From assembly GCF_009914755.1 (NCBI RefSeq), contig NC_060933.1: a stretch of DNA of 64,000 nucleotides; one strand, written 5' to 3'. Source of the stretch: the human T2T-CHM13v2.0 reference genome, Homo sapiens. The notes under the pieces were generated by a model. It made no database searches and was not told where the DNA came from. It saw nothing but the letters and a program-made list of their open reading frames with translations. Of the stretch, positions 44,972 to 59,760 are shown piece by piece. The stretch's first letter is position 1. Each line of letters opens with the position of its first letter. The position numbers and the translations under genes were made by a program.

Positions 44972-45492
44972 AAACCAAATGAATATCCTTGAGTCACACA
45001 GTTTATTAACTCAATTTAAAACCATTAGTCAGAAGCAAAGGAAAAGAGATGGGTAAGAAGTTAAACCAGTTACACGAAAGGGTGGAAGGACTACACTCTC
45101 AGAATCCTCAGCCGTGCAGTATTGATCAGCCCCGTCTCTCTCTTCCTCTTTGCTACCTGAACCTTCCCACTGACAGGCATATGTTAAGGACATAAGAGTG
45201 AGGCTTCAGCAATCCCAATGCAAGCCCAGTGAATGAAATGAGCTGCAGCCAACAATACACATTCTATTGCACAGATGCAAGCTGTAGCTTGCCTGTGAGC
45301 CTGATAAATAGCTTTTGATTTTATCTGCCTTTTTTGGGGAGAGGACAAGTTAGGCCAGAAGAGATGTCACTAATGGGTAGCTGATGTAAGGCCTCATGAA
45401 TATTGAGTGCCTCTTTGACTCGTGTATATTTAGGGTGTCATGAATATTCAGAGCCTCATATAGCTCATGGATATTTGGTTTCTATTGCCCTA

Positions 45493-45598
45493 TGTATTAG
45501 TCTGGGCTCTTCAGAGAGACAGAACCAATAGGATACTGAGATGGGTGGATGGATGAATAGATTAGAGGGATACATGATAGATAGATAGATAGACAGAC

Positions 45599-45645
<47 letters not shown>

Positions 45646-46086
45646 AAGAGATTTATTAGGGGAATTGGCTCACATGATTGTAGAGGCTAAGAAGTTCAAC
45701 TCCAAAAGCCTCAGAAGCAGGAAGCCAATGTATAATTTTCAGTCTGATGGGGGAGGCCTGAGAAGCTGAGATGGGGCTGAGGGAGGATGCTGGAGTAAGT
45801 CCTGGAGCCCAAAGGCCTGGAGTTCTGATGTTTAAGGACAAGAGAAAGGTGTCTCCACTCCAGGAGAATAAGAAATAATTCATCTTTTCTCTGCCTTTTT
45901 GTTCTATCCATGCTCCCAGCCGATTAGATGGCGCCTGCCCACGATGAGAGTGGATCTTCCCTACTCGGTCCACGGACTCACAATCACCTCTGAATACACT
46001 TCACAGACACACCCAGAGGAAATGCTATAATACCCCTCTAGGTATCCCTTAATCCAGCCAAGCTAATACCTGAAGTTAACAGCACA
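45493..46086 (-). mobile_element. MLT2 (ERVL) LTR
   Basis: TGTATTAGTCTGGGCTCTTCAGAGAGACAGAACCAATAGGA…GAATTGGCTCACATGATTGTAGAGGCT…TTAACAGCACA. Confidence 0.85.
45576..45643 (+). repeat. Compound tetranucleotide STR (GATA)4(GACA)2(GATA)11
   Basis: Direct count. Confidence 0.95.
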
Positions 46087-46789
46087 TGCTACTTCCCTTT
46101 GTTTCTTTGTGTAGTGCACATAGACTCTTTTTGTCCACGCATAACACGTCTCCCAGGTTACTAACGTATCTGTATCTAACACATGTCATCAATCTGTATA
46201 TTCCTCATAAGCTACTTGCCTACACATCTTATGATTTCCATCTATCCCATTTGTTTTCTATAGCAGAACTGAATATTTTCAAATAATACAACAAACACAA
46301 TACAGCAACATGCACAACTGGTTGAGTGGTGTATTAGGAAAAAAATAGAATTAGTAGTCATTCTTTATTGATGGGAAACATTTCTTTGGACTAACACCCT
46401 CTTAATGGCCACACCAAAAACAGGACCCCAGAAATCTAAAACAATAATAATAATAATCTTCTCGTTTGAGTTAATAGCACTGTGCTTTGCTTAGTTGTTT
46501 AAGTCCAAAAGCCAGCACTATGTTGATTTCTCACTACCTCATATTCCATCCATCAATAAACCCTGCTGATTCTACCTCTATTTCTCTTTAACATTATCAC
46601 CCACACTAGTTTAGACCACAGTCGTCTCTTGCCTTGGCAGGGCAGTAACCTACCAACCAGCATCCCTGTGGCCATTCCTGTCTCTCTGCAGCTCACTTTC
46701 CACATGGCAAGCTAAGTGGTTTTTAAAATATGGAAATTCATGTGAGTGTCCTCCAACTGCTTCTAGATGAGTGTCAACCAAAGTATGGT

Positions 46790-47262
46790 CAGTGGAGATG
46801 GAAACAACCAAAATGTCTGTAAATTAACAAATGAATAAACAAAATGTGGTATATCCATATCATGGAAGGTTATAGGTTATTTGTCCATAAAAAGGAAGAA
46901 AGTTCTGACACATGCTACAACATGGATGAATCTTGACATTAGGCTAAATGAAAAAAGCCAGTCACAAAAGCCCACATATTGTATAATTCCATTTCTACAA
47001 AATGCCCAGCACAGGCAAATCAATAGAGACAGAAAGGACATGAGTGATTGCATAGAGCTGGGGAGGGGTGGGTGGCAGCAGGGCAGGGAACTAGCTACAG
47101 AGTCAAGGGTTTCTCATTGCAGGGTGAAAATATTCTAAAATTAACTGTGGTGACAATTGCACATATCCATCAATATACTAAAAATAAATTCTACACTTTA
47201 AAATGGGTAAATTGTATGGTATGTACATTATTTCTCGATAAAGTTTTTTTGTTTGTTTGTTT
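46790..47262 (+). mobile_element. L1MB/L1ME 3'UTR relic
   Basis: AAACAAAATGTGGTATATCCATA…CATGCTACAACATGGATGAATCTTGA…AAGCCAGTCACAAAAGCCCACATATTGTAT. Confidence 0.8.
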
Positions 47263-47279
47263 CTAAAGTAGTTTGTGAG

Positions 47280-48748
47280 CAGGCACCATCTAAATCATAT
47301 GGCAGCTTGGAGAAATGCAAATTCTTAGGGCCCACTTCAGACCCACTAAAGAATCTCTAGGGATGGACTCAGCAATCTGTGTTGTTGTTGTTTTTTTAAT
47401 TTAATTTTTATTTCAAGTTCAGGGGTATATGTGCAGGTTTGCTATATAGGTAAGCTTGTGTCATGGGGGTTTGTTTTACAGAGTATTTTGTCACCCAGGT
47501 ATTAAGTCTAGTATACACTAGTTATTTTTCCTTATCCTCTACCTCCTCCCACCCTCCACCTTCCAATAGGCCCCGTGTCTGTTGTGTTAATGTGTTCTCA
47601 TCATTTAGTTCCCACTCATAAGGAAGAAAATGTTTTGGTTTTCTGTTCCTGCTTTAGTTTGCTAAGGATAATGGCCTCTAGCTTCATTTATGTTCTTGCA
47701 AAGAACGTGACTCCATTCTTTTTCATGGCTGCATAGTATTCCATGGTGTATATGTGCCACATTTTCTTTATTCAGTCTACCATTGATGGGCATTTAGATT
47801 GATTCCATGTCTTTTCTGTTGTGAATAATGCTGCAGTGAACATGCGTGTACATGTGTCTTCTTTATGATAGAGCAATTTACATTCCTTTGGGTATATATC
47901 CAGTAATGGGATTGCTGGGTCAAATGGTATTTCTGTTTTTTGGTTTTTGAGGAATTGTCACACTGTCTTCTACAATGGTTGAACTAATTTACACTCTCAC
48001 CAAGAGTGTATAAGCATTCTTTTTTCTCCACAACCTAGCTAGCATCTGTTATTTTTTGCCATTTTAATAATAGCCATTGACTGGTAAGAGATGGTATCTC
48101 ATTGTGGTTTTGATTTGCATTTCTCTAATGATCAGTAATGTTGAGTTTTTTTCATATGCTTGTTGGCTGTGTGTATGTCTTCTTTTGGAAAGTGTCTATT
48201 CATGTCCTTGTAGTGAGGTTGTTTTTTCTTGTAAATTTAAGTTCCTTATAGAGGCTGGATATTAAACCTTTGTCAGCTGCATAGCTTGCGTTTTCTCCCA
48301 TTCTGTATGTTGTCTGTTTACTCTGTTGATAGTTTCCTTTGCTGTGCAGAAGCTCTTTAATCAGATCCTATTTGTCAGTGTTTGGTTTTATTGTGATTGC
48401 TTTTGTCATCTTTGTCATGAAATCTCTGCCTGTTTCTATGTCCAGAGGGGTATTGCCTAGGTTGTCTTTCAGGGTTTTTATAGTTCTTGGTTTTACATTT
48501 AAGTCTTTAATCTATCTTAACTTAATTTTTGTACATGATGTAAGAAAGGGGCCCAATTTCAATCTTATGCATATAGCTAGCCAGTTATCCCAGCACAATT
48601 TATGGAATAGGAAGTCCTTTCCCCACTGCTTGTTTTTGTCAGCTTTGTTGTAGATCAGATAGTTGTAAGTGTGCAGCCTTATTTCTGCATTCTCTAACCT
48701 GTTCCATTGGTCTGTGTTTTAACAAACACTGAAGTTTGAGAAACACCA
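47280..48748. mobile_element. MER5A-type element split by an L1PA
   Basis: GAAATGCAAATTCTTAGGGCCCAC…CAGCAATCTGTGTT | TTAACAAACACTGAAGTTTGAGAAACAC. Confidence 0.65.
47384..48710 (-). mobile_element. 5'-truncated older L1PA
   Basis: Antisense L1 3'UTR and ORF2 end; TSD TCTGTGTT at 47376-47383 and 48711-48718. Confidence 0.9.
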
Positions 48749-48749
48749 A

Positions 48750-49192
48750 AATAAATTAAAATCTAAATTCCACACCAGGGCCTACAAGGCCCTATAAGAT
48801 CTTGTCATCTCTCTAACACCAACTCTGATCATAGTGGCACTGACCTTCTTTCTATGTCATGCAGAGGCCAAGTGGGTTCCTCTCTTACAGCCTTTGCATA
48901 ATCAATTCCCCTTACCTGGAATCCCTTTCCCTTTCCCTCCTTGCATGTCTGGCTCCTTTCGTCAATCGGTTTTCAGCTTAAATGTTATTTCCTCAAAGAA
49001 GCCCTCCTAGACCATCCTAGCTAAATGAGTCTCCCATTCACCTGGTCACATCACCCAGTTGTATTCTCTTCAACACATTTACAACTGTCAGATATTTTCT
49101 GTATTACTTACTTGCAGACTATCTGTCTGCCTTCCTAGAATACAGGCAGGTCCTTCTATCTAGCAGGCACTTAATAAACATTTGTTGAATTG
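48750..49192 (+). mobile_element. L2 3' region (an upstream part lies at ~46500-46765)
   Basis: GGCCTACAAGGCCCTATAAGATC…CAGCTTAAATGTTATTTCCTCAAAGAAGCCCTCC…TAATAAACATTTGTTGAAT. Confidence 0.7.
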
Positions 49193-50699
49193 CTGAGGAA
49201 GCACTGACCTTGAGCCCAGGTACCCAGGAATACATACCCTACTGCTCACGACGGCCTATGCCTAGTTTCTGAGTTCTCTGTACTTGCAAAGGAATTGTGT
49301 TGGAAACTGTCTCGCCAAAATTATTCACATTTCCTGGTAACACAAACAACCACCCCAAGGACTGATGCTACAGAATAAGCTAAGGGCAGCTGAGGGAGAT
49401 GAGCAAAATGGATGAGGAACCAATATTTCTTCTTCGCCGTACTAAAAATTCTCCGAGAATGGCCCCAATGCCTAATACAGATAAGATGCCAGAAAGATGT
49501 TTGCATAACTCTTGAACTAAATGCTTCAGATACGGAAAGAAATTCACTCTCACTTTGTAAGAAACCAGACCCCTGAGAGATGACCCCTCAGCTCCTTCAA
49601 CCCTTTTGAGAATCACCTACACATTCTATTCCCTGCCCTCTCCTGTCCTTTCTGTTAAATGAGATATTTGTGTTTTAAATGAAAACCATTGTTTACCCAT
49701 CACTAGCAGAAAATAATCAATGTGCATGCATTCCTCATGTAATAAGAATTAAATCCCTTAATCCTGTAATTTGCTCTTACTGGTTTAGAATTTTGAAGTC
49801 CAAGAACACATCTGCCATCGAGGAAGTTAATTCCAGGGCTGGCTGGCTCTGCGGATGTATGTATGTGGCCATTGTTCTCGCCTGAGGAATGGTCAGGAGG
49901 GGCTCAGGGCTCTGTTCGCATAATGAACCTTATGTTTCTAAACACAGGTGCATTTGGATGTAGACATCTGTGTCATTAAATGGGGGAAGAAATAGCACAA
50001 TAGCAGCTCAGAAATGGGCCCCTTGGAAATGCAAGGTGGTGTTATTGCAGTAGCTCTTATCAACACCATCGTGATTTCTTTGATGATGGATCATGGTACT
50101 GAGACGGTGGTGACGAATAAAATTATCTCACCAGCATGTTTTCAACATGCAGCTTTTCACTGGGGGGTGGATGGATTGGTCTTGCCAGAGTTCACCCCAT
50201 TGTCTTCTTATTGAAAAGAGTTGTCAGAGAGCCCCTATTCTATCCTACAATCATGCCAATCTGCTTTTTACTCCAACTTTGCATTTCATCTCTGTTATTT
50301 GATGTATAAGAATGAAAGAGCTCCTGGGACATGTTTGTACCCTAATGGCTCAGATGAGATGTCCTGGGAAATTATCAAAAATGTGCAGGGCAAAGAAAGG
50401 AAGGCTATCAGATGACCCACAGACACTCTCCTGCCACCCTTCACTGAACAGAGCATAAACGTGTGCTGTGTCACGGTTGCAGGATTCCTGTAATTCAGAC
50501 ACCTACAGGTATTTAGGACAGCACAGGTCTTACAGCAATTGATATTTTTGGCTGTTTCACAGGCACATATGCTCTGGGAATTTAGATTTTTGGAGTTAGT
50601 CATATGGCACATGACACTGTGCACTTGTCCTGTATTAATAATTTTTAAAAACATTATAACAAAAGTGTACTTCAACATCAAGTAAACAAAGTTAATTTT

Positions 50700-51330
50700 C
50701 TTTTTTATTTTTTAAACTACTTTACAGAGGAATGACTGACATACAAGGAGCTTTACATATTTAATCCGTACAACCTGATGAGTTTGGAGATAAGTTACAC
50801 TTGTGAAAACCATCACCGCAAGCTATGCCATAAACCCATTCATTACCTACAAAAGTTTCCTCCTGCCTTCTTTATTTATTATTATTATTATTTGTAGTCT
50901 TTTGTCATAAGAGCACTTAGCATAAGATCTGCCGTCAGCAAATAGTTTAAATGTACAATACAGCATTTCTAACAATAGGCGCTATGCTATCCTGTAGATG
51001 TCTAGTACTTATTCTTCTTGTATAACTGAAGCTTTGTAACTTTTGGCTAATTCCTTCCTATTAATCCCTCCCTGCAGTGCCTGGCAACTATGGTTCTCCC
51101 TCTGCTTCTATGGGTTTGGCTCTTAAGATTCATCATGTAAGTGAGGTCATGTGATATTTGTCTTCTGTGTCTGGCTTATTTCACTTACCATAATGTACTC
51201 CAGGTTCATTCAAGTTGTCACAAACGGCAGAATTGCCTTCTTTTATTAAGGCTGAATAATGTTCCATTGTATGTATATACCACATTTTCTTAATTCATTC
51301 ATTCGTCAGTGAATATTTAGATTGCTATTT
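50700..51330 (-). mobile_element. L1MA/L1MB 3'UTR fragment
   Basis: T-rich end; TCTTCTGTGTCTGGCTTATTTCACTTACCATAATGTACTCCAGGTTCAT. Confidence 0.8.
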
Positions 51331-51440
51331 TGAATGATTCAAAGTTAATTTCAAACTTTGCAAAAAAATTAATATGCAAAGTTATATTTTAATGGGGATC
51401 TTAGATTCATAGCTTCATTTGACTAAAAACATTCTGCTAG

Positions 51441-51741
51441 CTTTCTTCTTCTTTTTTTTTTTTTTTTTTTTTTTTTTGAGATAGAGTCTCGCTCTGTCAC
51501 CCAGGCTGGAGTACAGTGGTGCGATTTCTGCTCACTGCAACCTCTGCCTCCTGGGTTCAAGCCAATTCTCCTGTCTCAGCCTCCTGAGTAGTCAGGATTA
51601 CAGGTGTGCGCCACCACGCCTGGCTAATTTTTGTATTTTTAGTAGAGACGGGTTTTCACCATGTTGGCCAGGGTGGTCTCAAACCGCCCTCCTTGGCCTC
51701 CCAAAGTGCTGGGATTAGAGGCGTGAGCCACCGCGCCCGGC
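51441..51741 (-). mobile_element. AluSx-like with ~18-bp internal deletion in the left arm
   Basis: Full dimer; GGTCTCAAA|CCGCCC lacks the consensus CTCCTGACCTCAGGTGAT. Confidence 0.92.
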
Positions 51742-52689
51742 TACTTTTTTCTAATTCTAAAACTCCTGGTGAACATAATGTCTCAATAAGTTGTAGATGC
51801 TATGGAGGTGTTTTATTAACATTCTCAAACTTTGAGTTGGAGCTGCAACTAACGTTCATGTAATCTGACAAAACAGAGATACAGAGAAGTCAAGTGATGT
51901 TCCAGAAACACACAATGAGGCTGTGGTAATACCTGGACCAGAATCCAGTCTCCCCACTTGAAGTTCATTTCTCCAGCCGGCATCTGTCTCTCTACCTTCA
52001 ACCTCAGCTATGTAGGTGACTCGTGATAACAAGCTGGCAGTCTTCACCACAAGGCGCACCTGTATCTGGCCTAGGATGCAGACAGGCAGAAGGAGGAGAT
52101 GGACAGGAGCCAGGACACCTGAAGCCCAGCCACTGCCCTTGCCATCAGGGGAGCTCACTAATCAGCACCCACATGGGGAGCTGCTGTGACACCAGGTGCC
52201 CTACGCTGACCTTAGGGGTGTAATGGCTATTGCCTCACTGCCACCTTTGAAATCTCACACACATTTCCCTATGGCCAATCCTGACCCAGAATTAAACAGT
52301 GAAGGCAAGTCTGGAAAGCCAGCTCCACCTTAGCTAAGTAAAAAGTCACCATGCTACGTTACATCTGTTGTTGTATTCACAGAAGCCTTTGGTTTTTCTT
52401 TATGACAAATATAAAAGAATATGTATATAGAGGCCTCTTCTGGATTTCCTTGATGGAATTATTGATTTTCTGTCACTTTGAGTATGCCATTGCCTTGGAT
52501 CATTGTCTCATTATACTGTGTTTATTGGAATGAATTAATGCTACTTGTCTATTTGTGTATCACCTATATATAAAATGTAGAGTCTATTGATCATACTTGC
52601 GGCCAAAACAGGTCCTTGAGCATAACATATGTCAGGTAAATTAAGATTAGACAAAATTCAGGATCTATATGGCACTAATGTCTTTGTAA

Positions 52690-53010
52690 CAAATAGCAAA
52701 GACATGGATGGAACTGGAGGCCATTATCCTCAGCAAACTTACACAGGAACAGAAAACCAAATGCCACATGTTCTCACTTATAAGTAGGAGCTAAATGACA
52801 CACATGGACACACGGTGGGGAACCACACACTGGGGCCTGTTGGAGGTTGGGTGGGAGGAGGGACAGCATCAGGAAGAATAGCTAATGGATGCTGGGCTTA
52901 AAACCTAGGTGATGGGATGATCTGTGCAGCAAACAACCATGGCACACGTCTACCTTTGTAACAAACCTGCACATCCTGCACATGTACCTTTGAACTTAAA
53001 AAAAGGAAAA
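52690..53010 (+). mobile_element. Short L1PA 3' fragment with internal deletion
   Basis: ATAGCAAAGACATGGATGGAACTGGAGG…AAACCTGCACATCCTGCACATGTACC…poly(A). Confidence 0.88.
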
Positions 53011-54475
53011 AATTATTTATACTATGTATTTATGTATGTAGGTAGTATATACGTATGTGTCATTAATATCTACCTATCATCTAAATGTCTATCTATCCAT
53101 CTAACATCTTCTATCATTTATCTGTCTATTTGCCCATCACCTACTATCTAAAATCAGACAGTGCTACATACACTTAAGAAAGACAGTTTTGATGGGCACA
53201 CAGCCATATATCTAAAGACTGATAGCTGAGAGACTGAGAAATTGGTGTTGTAACCTCTGAGTAATTTTTTTAACTACTAAACACCTGTTACTCATCCAAA
53301 AGCCAAAAGAATTGACGGTTATGTAAGCTGTTTCTTCACTTTGGCCTCTAGAGATTACATCTTGGTACAGATAGGAAATGCAGAAACAGTAAACAAACAA
53401 AAGAAACAAAAATATCTAACTACACATGAGTATTGGGAATTTGTTCAGCTCTCATGCTCAGCTTCTGACTCTCAAAGCATTTCATAGATTCTGCAGACTT
53501 GTAGCCTGTTTTTATTTTTTTTCTCAGAGCCAAGCCCAACAATTCTACTTTCCTTTCCTCTTTCTAAGGTAAAAAAGCAAAATTGAGACTGTAGGCAAAA
53601 ATAAAAATAAAAAATAAAAATCAACAAATAAAGAGCGCTTCATACAACAAATAAGGATACTTGGCATAGAGACATTAATATAATGCACTAAGACTATGAA
53701 TCAGTCTTCCAGTCGTTACCACCAACCCAGAGGGAAAAGGTGAGACAAATGGTTTTCATAACTCATGATAGAACATAGAAAGGGTATTTGTGGGTGGAAA
53801 GAGCCCTGGGCTTGGATCCAGAAGAACTGAGTTGAATCCATTTATTCATTTGTGACCTCTTAAGCATTATTTAACTTATTAGAGTTTATGTTTCCTCTTC
53901 TGCAAAATGGCTAAATCTTATCTGCTTCCCTGAGACGTTCCAGGGTTGAATGAGTTCATTTATCTGTCTACCTCCTGCTTTCTCTTACCTAATACTTCCT
54001 CACCTACTTTTGACTCCATTTGCCTCATAATTTCCCAAGAAAAATCATCAAATGATTGATATATGCAAATGTGACTACAAGTGAGATCACATTATTTTTA
54101 AATGTGAAAGGATTAGGATTTAGCAGGCAAGTAGATATTTTAAAAGAACTTACTTCTTAGACTGACAACCGCTGTTTATTTCGCTTTATCAAAACAACTG
54201 AACCAACCCAGTGACCAAGAAAAATATTCATGTCAGAAAAAATTGTGGAAGATTTTGAAATTGGCAAAAAAGATAACTGGGTGTTGTGCCCAGAGTACCC
54301 TTATGGGATATCTATGTCTTTTATTTTGAACTATTTTACAACTTTGTAAGCTGTAGATGATTGACGGCAATGCAAATTAGTCATGTCCAAAGACAAACAC
54401 AGTCTCATCATTGATAGAAGTTATGTTCTATAAAGTTGCCATGAACACTGAATTAAAGAATGTCTACTTCCATAA

Positions 54476-54690
<215 letters not shown>

Positions 54691-55383
54691 TAATACATTC
54701 TCCTTTTCTTTTACAGTAGCAGCTTTCTTGTTATCTTATGCCATATGACAAATACGTAGCAGGTCAATCAGAAAATACAGATATCATGAAGATACACTAT
54801 AAAAATGATACATACTCTGTGTAATTTATTTTAATTCAAAATATACACATTTACATTTGTTTACCAACATTTGATACAGGGCCAGGATTATTCTTTGATT
54901 TTGGAGATAGCTGATTGAAGTTTTGTATTGTCTTTCATACATGAACCACAACAAAAATAAGTATTTTGTAGCTCCCAGCTTCAATTTCTTCTTAAAGGAA
55001 GCAAGATCTTAAATCAAAACCAAGAAAACCATGAGAGAGCAGAATCTCTCTGGATTTTGAAGATTTTTTTCCCCAAAAACTTTACAGTTCTCCTAGAACT
55101 GTTCAAAGCATTAAGTTTAATTTTTATAGAGAAAATTATTTTTCTAAATTTAATTTTCATTGATTTATATTTAATTTAATTAGACAATTAACAAGGACAA
55201 CTGACAGAGACAGGTTTGGGAACAAATTTAGCTGATTCTGCTTAAGCATTCAACTCATATGGTAAGAAAATAATTCATAGGATTCTTAAGTAAAATCCAG
55301 TACAGCAAATATTTAACAGACTGTGGGCAGCTATTAGTATTCTTAGAAAAGGAACCAAAAGCAGGTAATTCACGGTGAGTTAG

Positions 55384-55688
<305 letters not shown>

Positions 55689-56419
55689 CAAAGTGTGTTT
55701 AACTACCTAGGAGTTTAACTACTGCGGAGTGACCAAGGAGCCCTGGCAGACTAAAAGGAGATACACTAAGAGCTAATCTAATCCCAACTGGGGATGTGGT
55801 TTGGAAAATCGCTCAGCCCCTTGCTGTCTCAGTTTTATCACCCATGAAAAGTGAAGTTTGAGCTAGAATAAAATCATGTGCGTCAACTTCATCTCCTAAG
55901 TCAATCGTTTCTTAATTTTTTTTCCATTGCTTGTCTTATTTTGCTTTGCAGATTGCCTAAAATTGTAAAATGCTTCGTATTGTTTACATATAGCATCAAT
56001 GACAGTGTTGAACTTAAGCTGATGCTTTATAACTCATTTCCTGGCCTCTGAGTTGGCAGTAGAAGTGGAAACCATTGTCCAAGGCCTTTGGTAAGAGTTT
56101 TAAACAGTTGCATTAGACAATGGGCTGGCAATATGTGGTAATGGGGACACCAAGTGAAAGCCTGCAGCTCTCAGCTTTGCCCTTGGCCCCCATCAGTAAT
56201 CTGGGGAGAAAACCCTGAACCAAGGAGTCTGCGTCTGATGCCTTTTCTCTTTTGCTCTGTGCAGGAGTGTGTCAGTGCTGACCCTGCAGCTACAGAAATG
56301 ACCAAATCAAACCTGTTGTACTGAGGGTAAAGCTCAAATGGACCCTGTGACTACTCCTCCTCCTTCCCCAATAAACCTTTGTTCCTGACCAGAAAAATCC
56401 GTGCTGCACTCATAGGAGG

Positions 56420-56574
56420 GAATATCTTGTTATACACAGAAGAATATCTTGTTATACCCCAAATCATGTGCAATGACTGTACCAAAGTCTACTATGGATA
56501 GCAGATAGTTGGATATCCATAGGATATCCATAGTAGACTTTGAATGGTACAGTCATTGCACATAATTTGGGGTA
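56420..56574. repeat. Long inverted repeat (46/50-bp arms) with adjacent short direct duplications
   Basis: 56455-56500 versus the reverse complement of 56525-56574: one mismatch and one 4-nt indel. GAATATCTTGTTATAC occurs twice; GGATATCCATA occurs twice. Confidence 0.92.
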
Positions 56575-56728
56575 ATTCATCTGAGTGGCCGTAATTATCA
56601 TGGATAAGTGATGTATGGTATAAGAAGATATTTGTTTGTCTCATATGCATATCTTTTTTCCTTCGAGGTTTTTAGGAATATGAGTGTAAAATTAGTGCTC
56701 TGAAGTCAGCAATGAGTCATTACCTCTT

Positions 56729-57354
<626 letters not shown>

Positions 57355-57689
57355 CTCTTCATTCTCCCCAGCACATCCCCCTGCTCCCTTCCCTTAATCA
57401 GCACTACTTGAACTGAAGTGGATTTTGAGCCTTTAACATTGTATTTAAAAAAGATATTTGTGTTCTCTGTTCTAAATTTTAAGATCAACTGAGCATGACA
57501 TTTCAGGTATCTTTCTCTTACAAAAACAAAACGAAACATGAGAAAATGAAATTAAGTTTCTTTTATATTCCCATGTGGTTGTGATTTTCTTTTAAAGCAG
57601 GTCAATTGCCTTTAATAGAAAACTTTCCCAATTCCTGTTAAAAAAAAAAAAAAAAAGGAGGGGGGAAATGTTCCAAATCTCAGTCTAAA

Positions 57690-58330
<641 letters not shown>

Positions 58331-59661
58331 AGGGATTCTTTTTCACATGCTGATACCTAACTTTTATTTTATTTCTATTTTGTCACTTTGTTTTAAAGGA
58401 CAGGAACCATTTAGAGCTCAAGTCTTATGTCAGATGGAAATTTTTCCCAGTTTCTACGTATTCTATAGCAGTTTCTGTGAGGTATAGAATTTTGTCAAAT
58501 GGCCACTATTTCTCATTCTGCCAGGGACACCTTCCCCGAGAACTTCAGTATGTATTGAGAGTGAACAGTGAGTCAAAGCAAAATTACTTAGCCTTATTAA
58601 TTCCAGTTTTAACCTCCCAAAAACCAAATTTTTCAAATAAGAATTACATACATTATCTAATAGTAAAAATTTTTCAGGCTGTCTTATTCAATATCTCTAA
58701 ATATGCACAGAGCATTCAATAATTTTCTAGCACCTTGCAAATTGATACAAGCCTAGCTATTTGGTGGAACTTTCAAGGTGAAGAATATGACATGTTACAT
58801 TAGTTCCTTATGTGTGGATGCTGGAGATGACAACTACTGATAGCTTTCCTCACCCGCCCTGTGGGAGGGGGGGCCTTCCTCCTCAGATTTCCCAGATTAT
58901 TAATGGAATTTCTTCTTTTGTAAACTCCACACTGACCCCACAAATCTAGTACCTGCACATCTCTATCTCATTATCTTTATTATAACATGATAACATCATA
59001 TCTCCATTATAGGATTTGGGCAAGTTAAAAAAAATAACAAAACCCACTATGATTCATTATGTTGCCCCTTCCACCAGTCTATGAGCTCCTCAGGACAGAA
59101 ACATTCCTTATTCTTCACTATGTCTGAGTGAGCCCAAGTAGCAATGCCCAGTGCATGGTTGATGCTCAGCCTTTCAATTGAAAGCAGGAAGTTTTGCCCT
59201 CTTCATTCACCTTTGACTCTTACATGTCATATGCCTTCATCAAGATCCAGGTCAGGACACATTTTCTCAATACTACCTGTGCTGGTCAATCTCACCACAG
59301 CTGATACCTTCCGTTGAATTGCCTTCATTCAACAAACAGCCATGGGTGCCTACTTTAAACCAGGCACTGTGCTGGGGAAGGCGGTAAAAACACAGATGTG
59401 TTCTTAAATTCAAGAGGTCGGAGGAAACGTAGACAAAAATCAGTGCATTGAGTATTGTGCTTTTGAAATACCTTCCTGTGTATTTTTCCTTCTGAGCAGC
59501 CTGTTTTGTTTAATCTGTGGTTTCTTTCTGTCCACTCCCTTCCACTGTGAAGCCTCTGGAAGCTTAGAGTCTCAGGGAGGTGATCACAGGTACTGCTTGG
59601 AACAAGCATTTCTAAGGGTAGGGAGGAAAAAGAAGCCCCATTCATGGCCGAGGAAGTATAA

Positions 59662-59760
59662 AGTTGAGAGAGCGAGAGAGAAAGAGGGAGAGAGAGATGA
59701 AAGAAAAGAGGGAGGAAGGGATGGAGGGAGGAAGAGAGGGAGGGAGGGGAGAAAGAGAGA
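59662..59760 (+). repeat. Polypurine (GA/GGAA/GGGA) tract
   Basis: About 100 bp of almost pure A/G. Confidence 0.85.
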
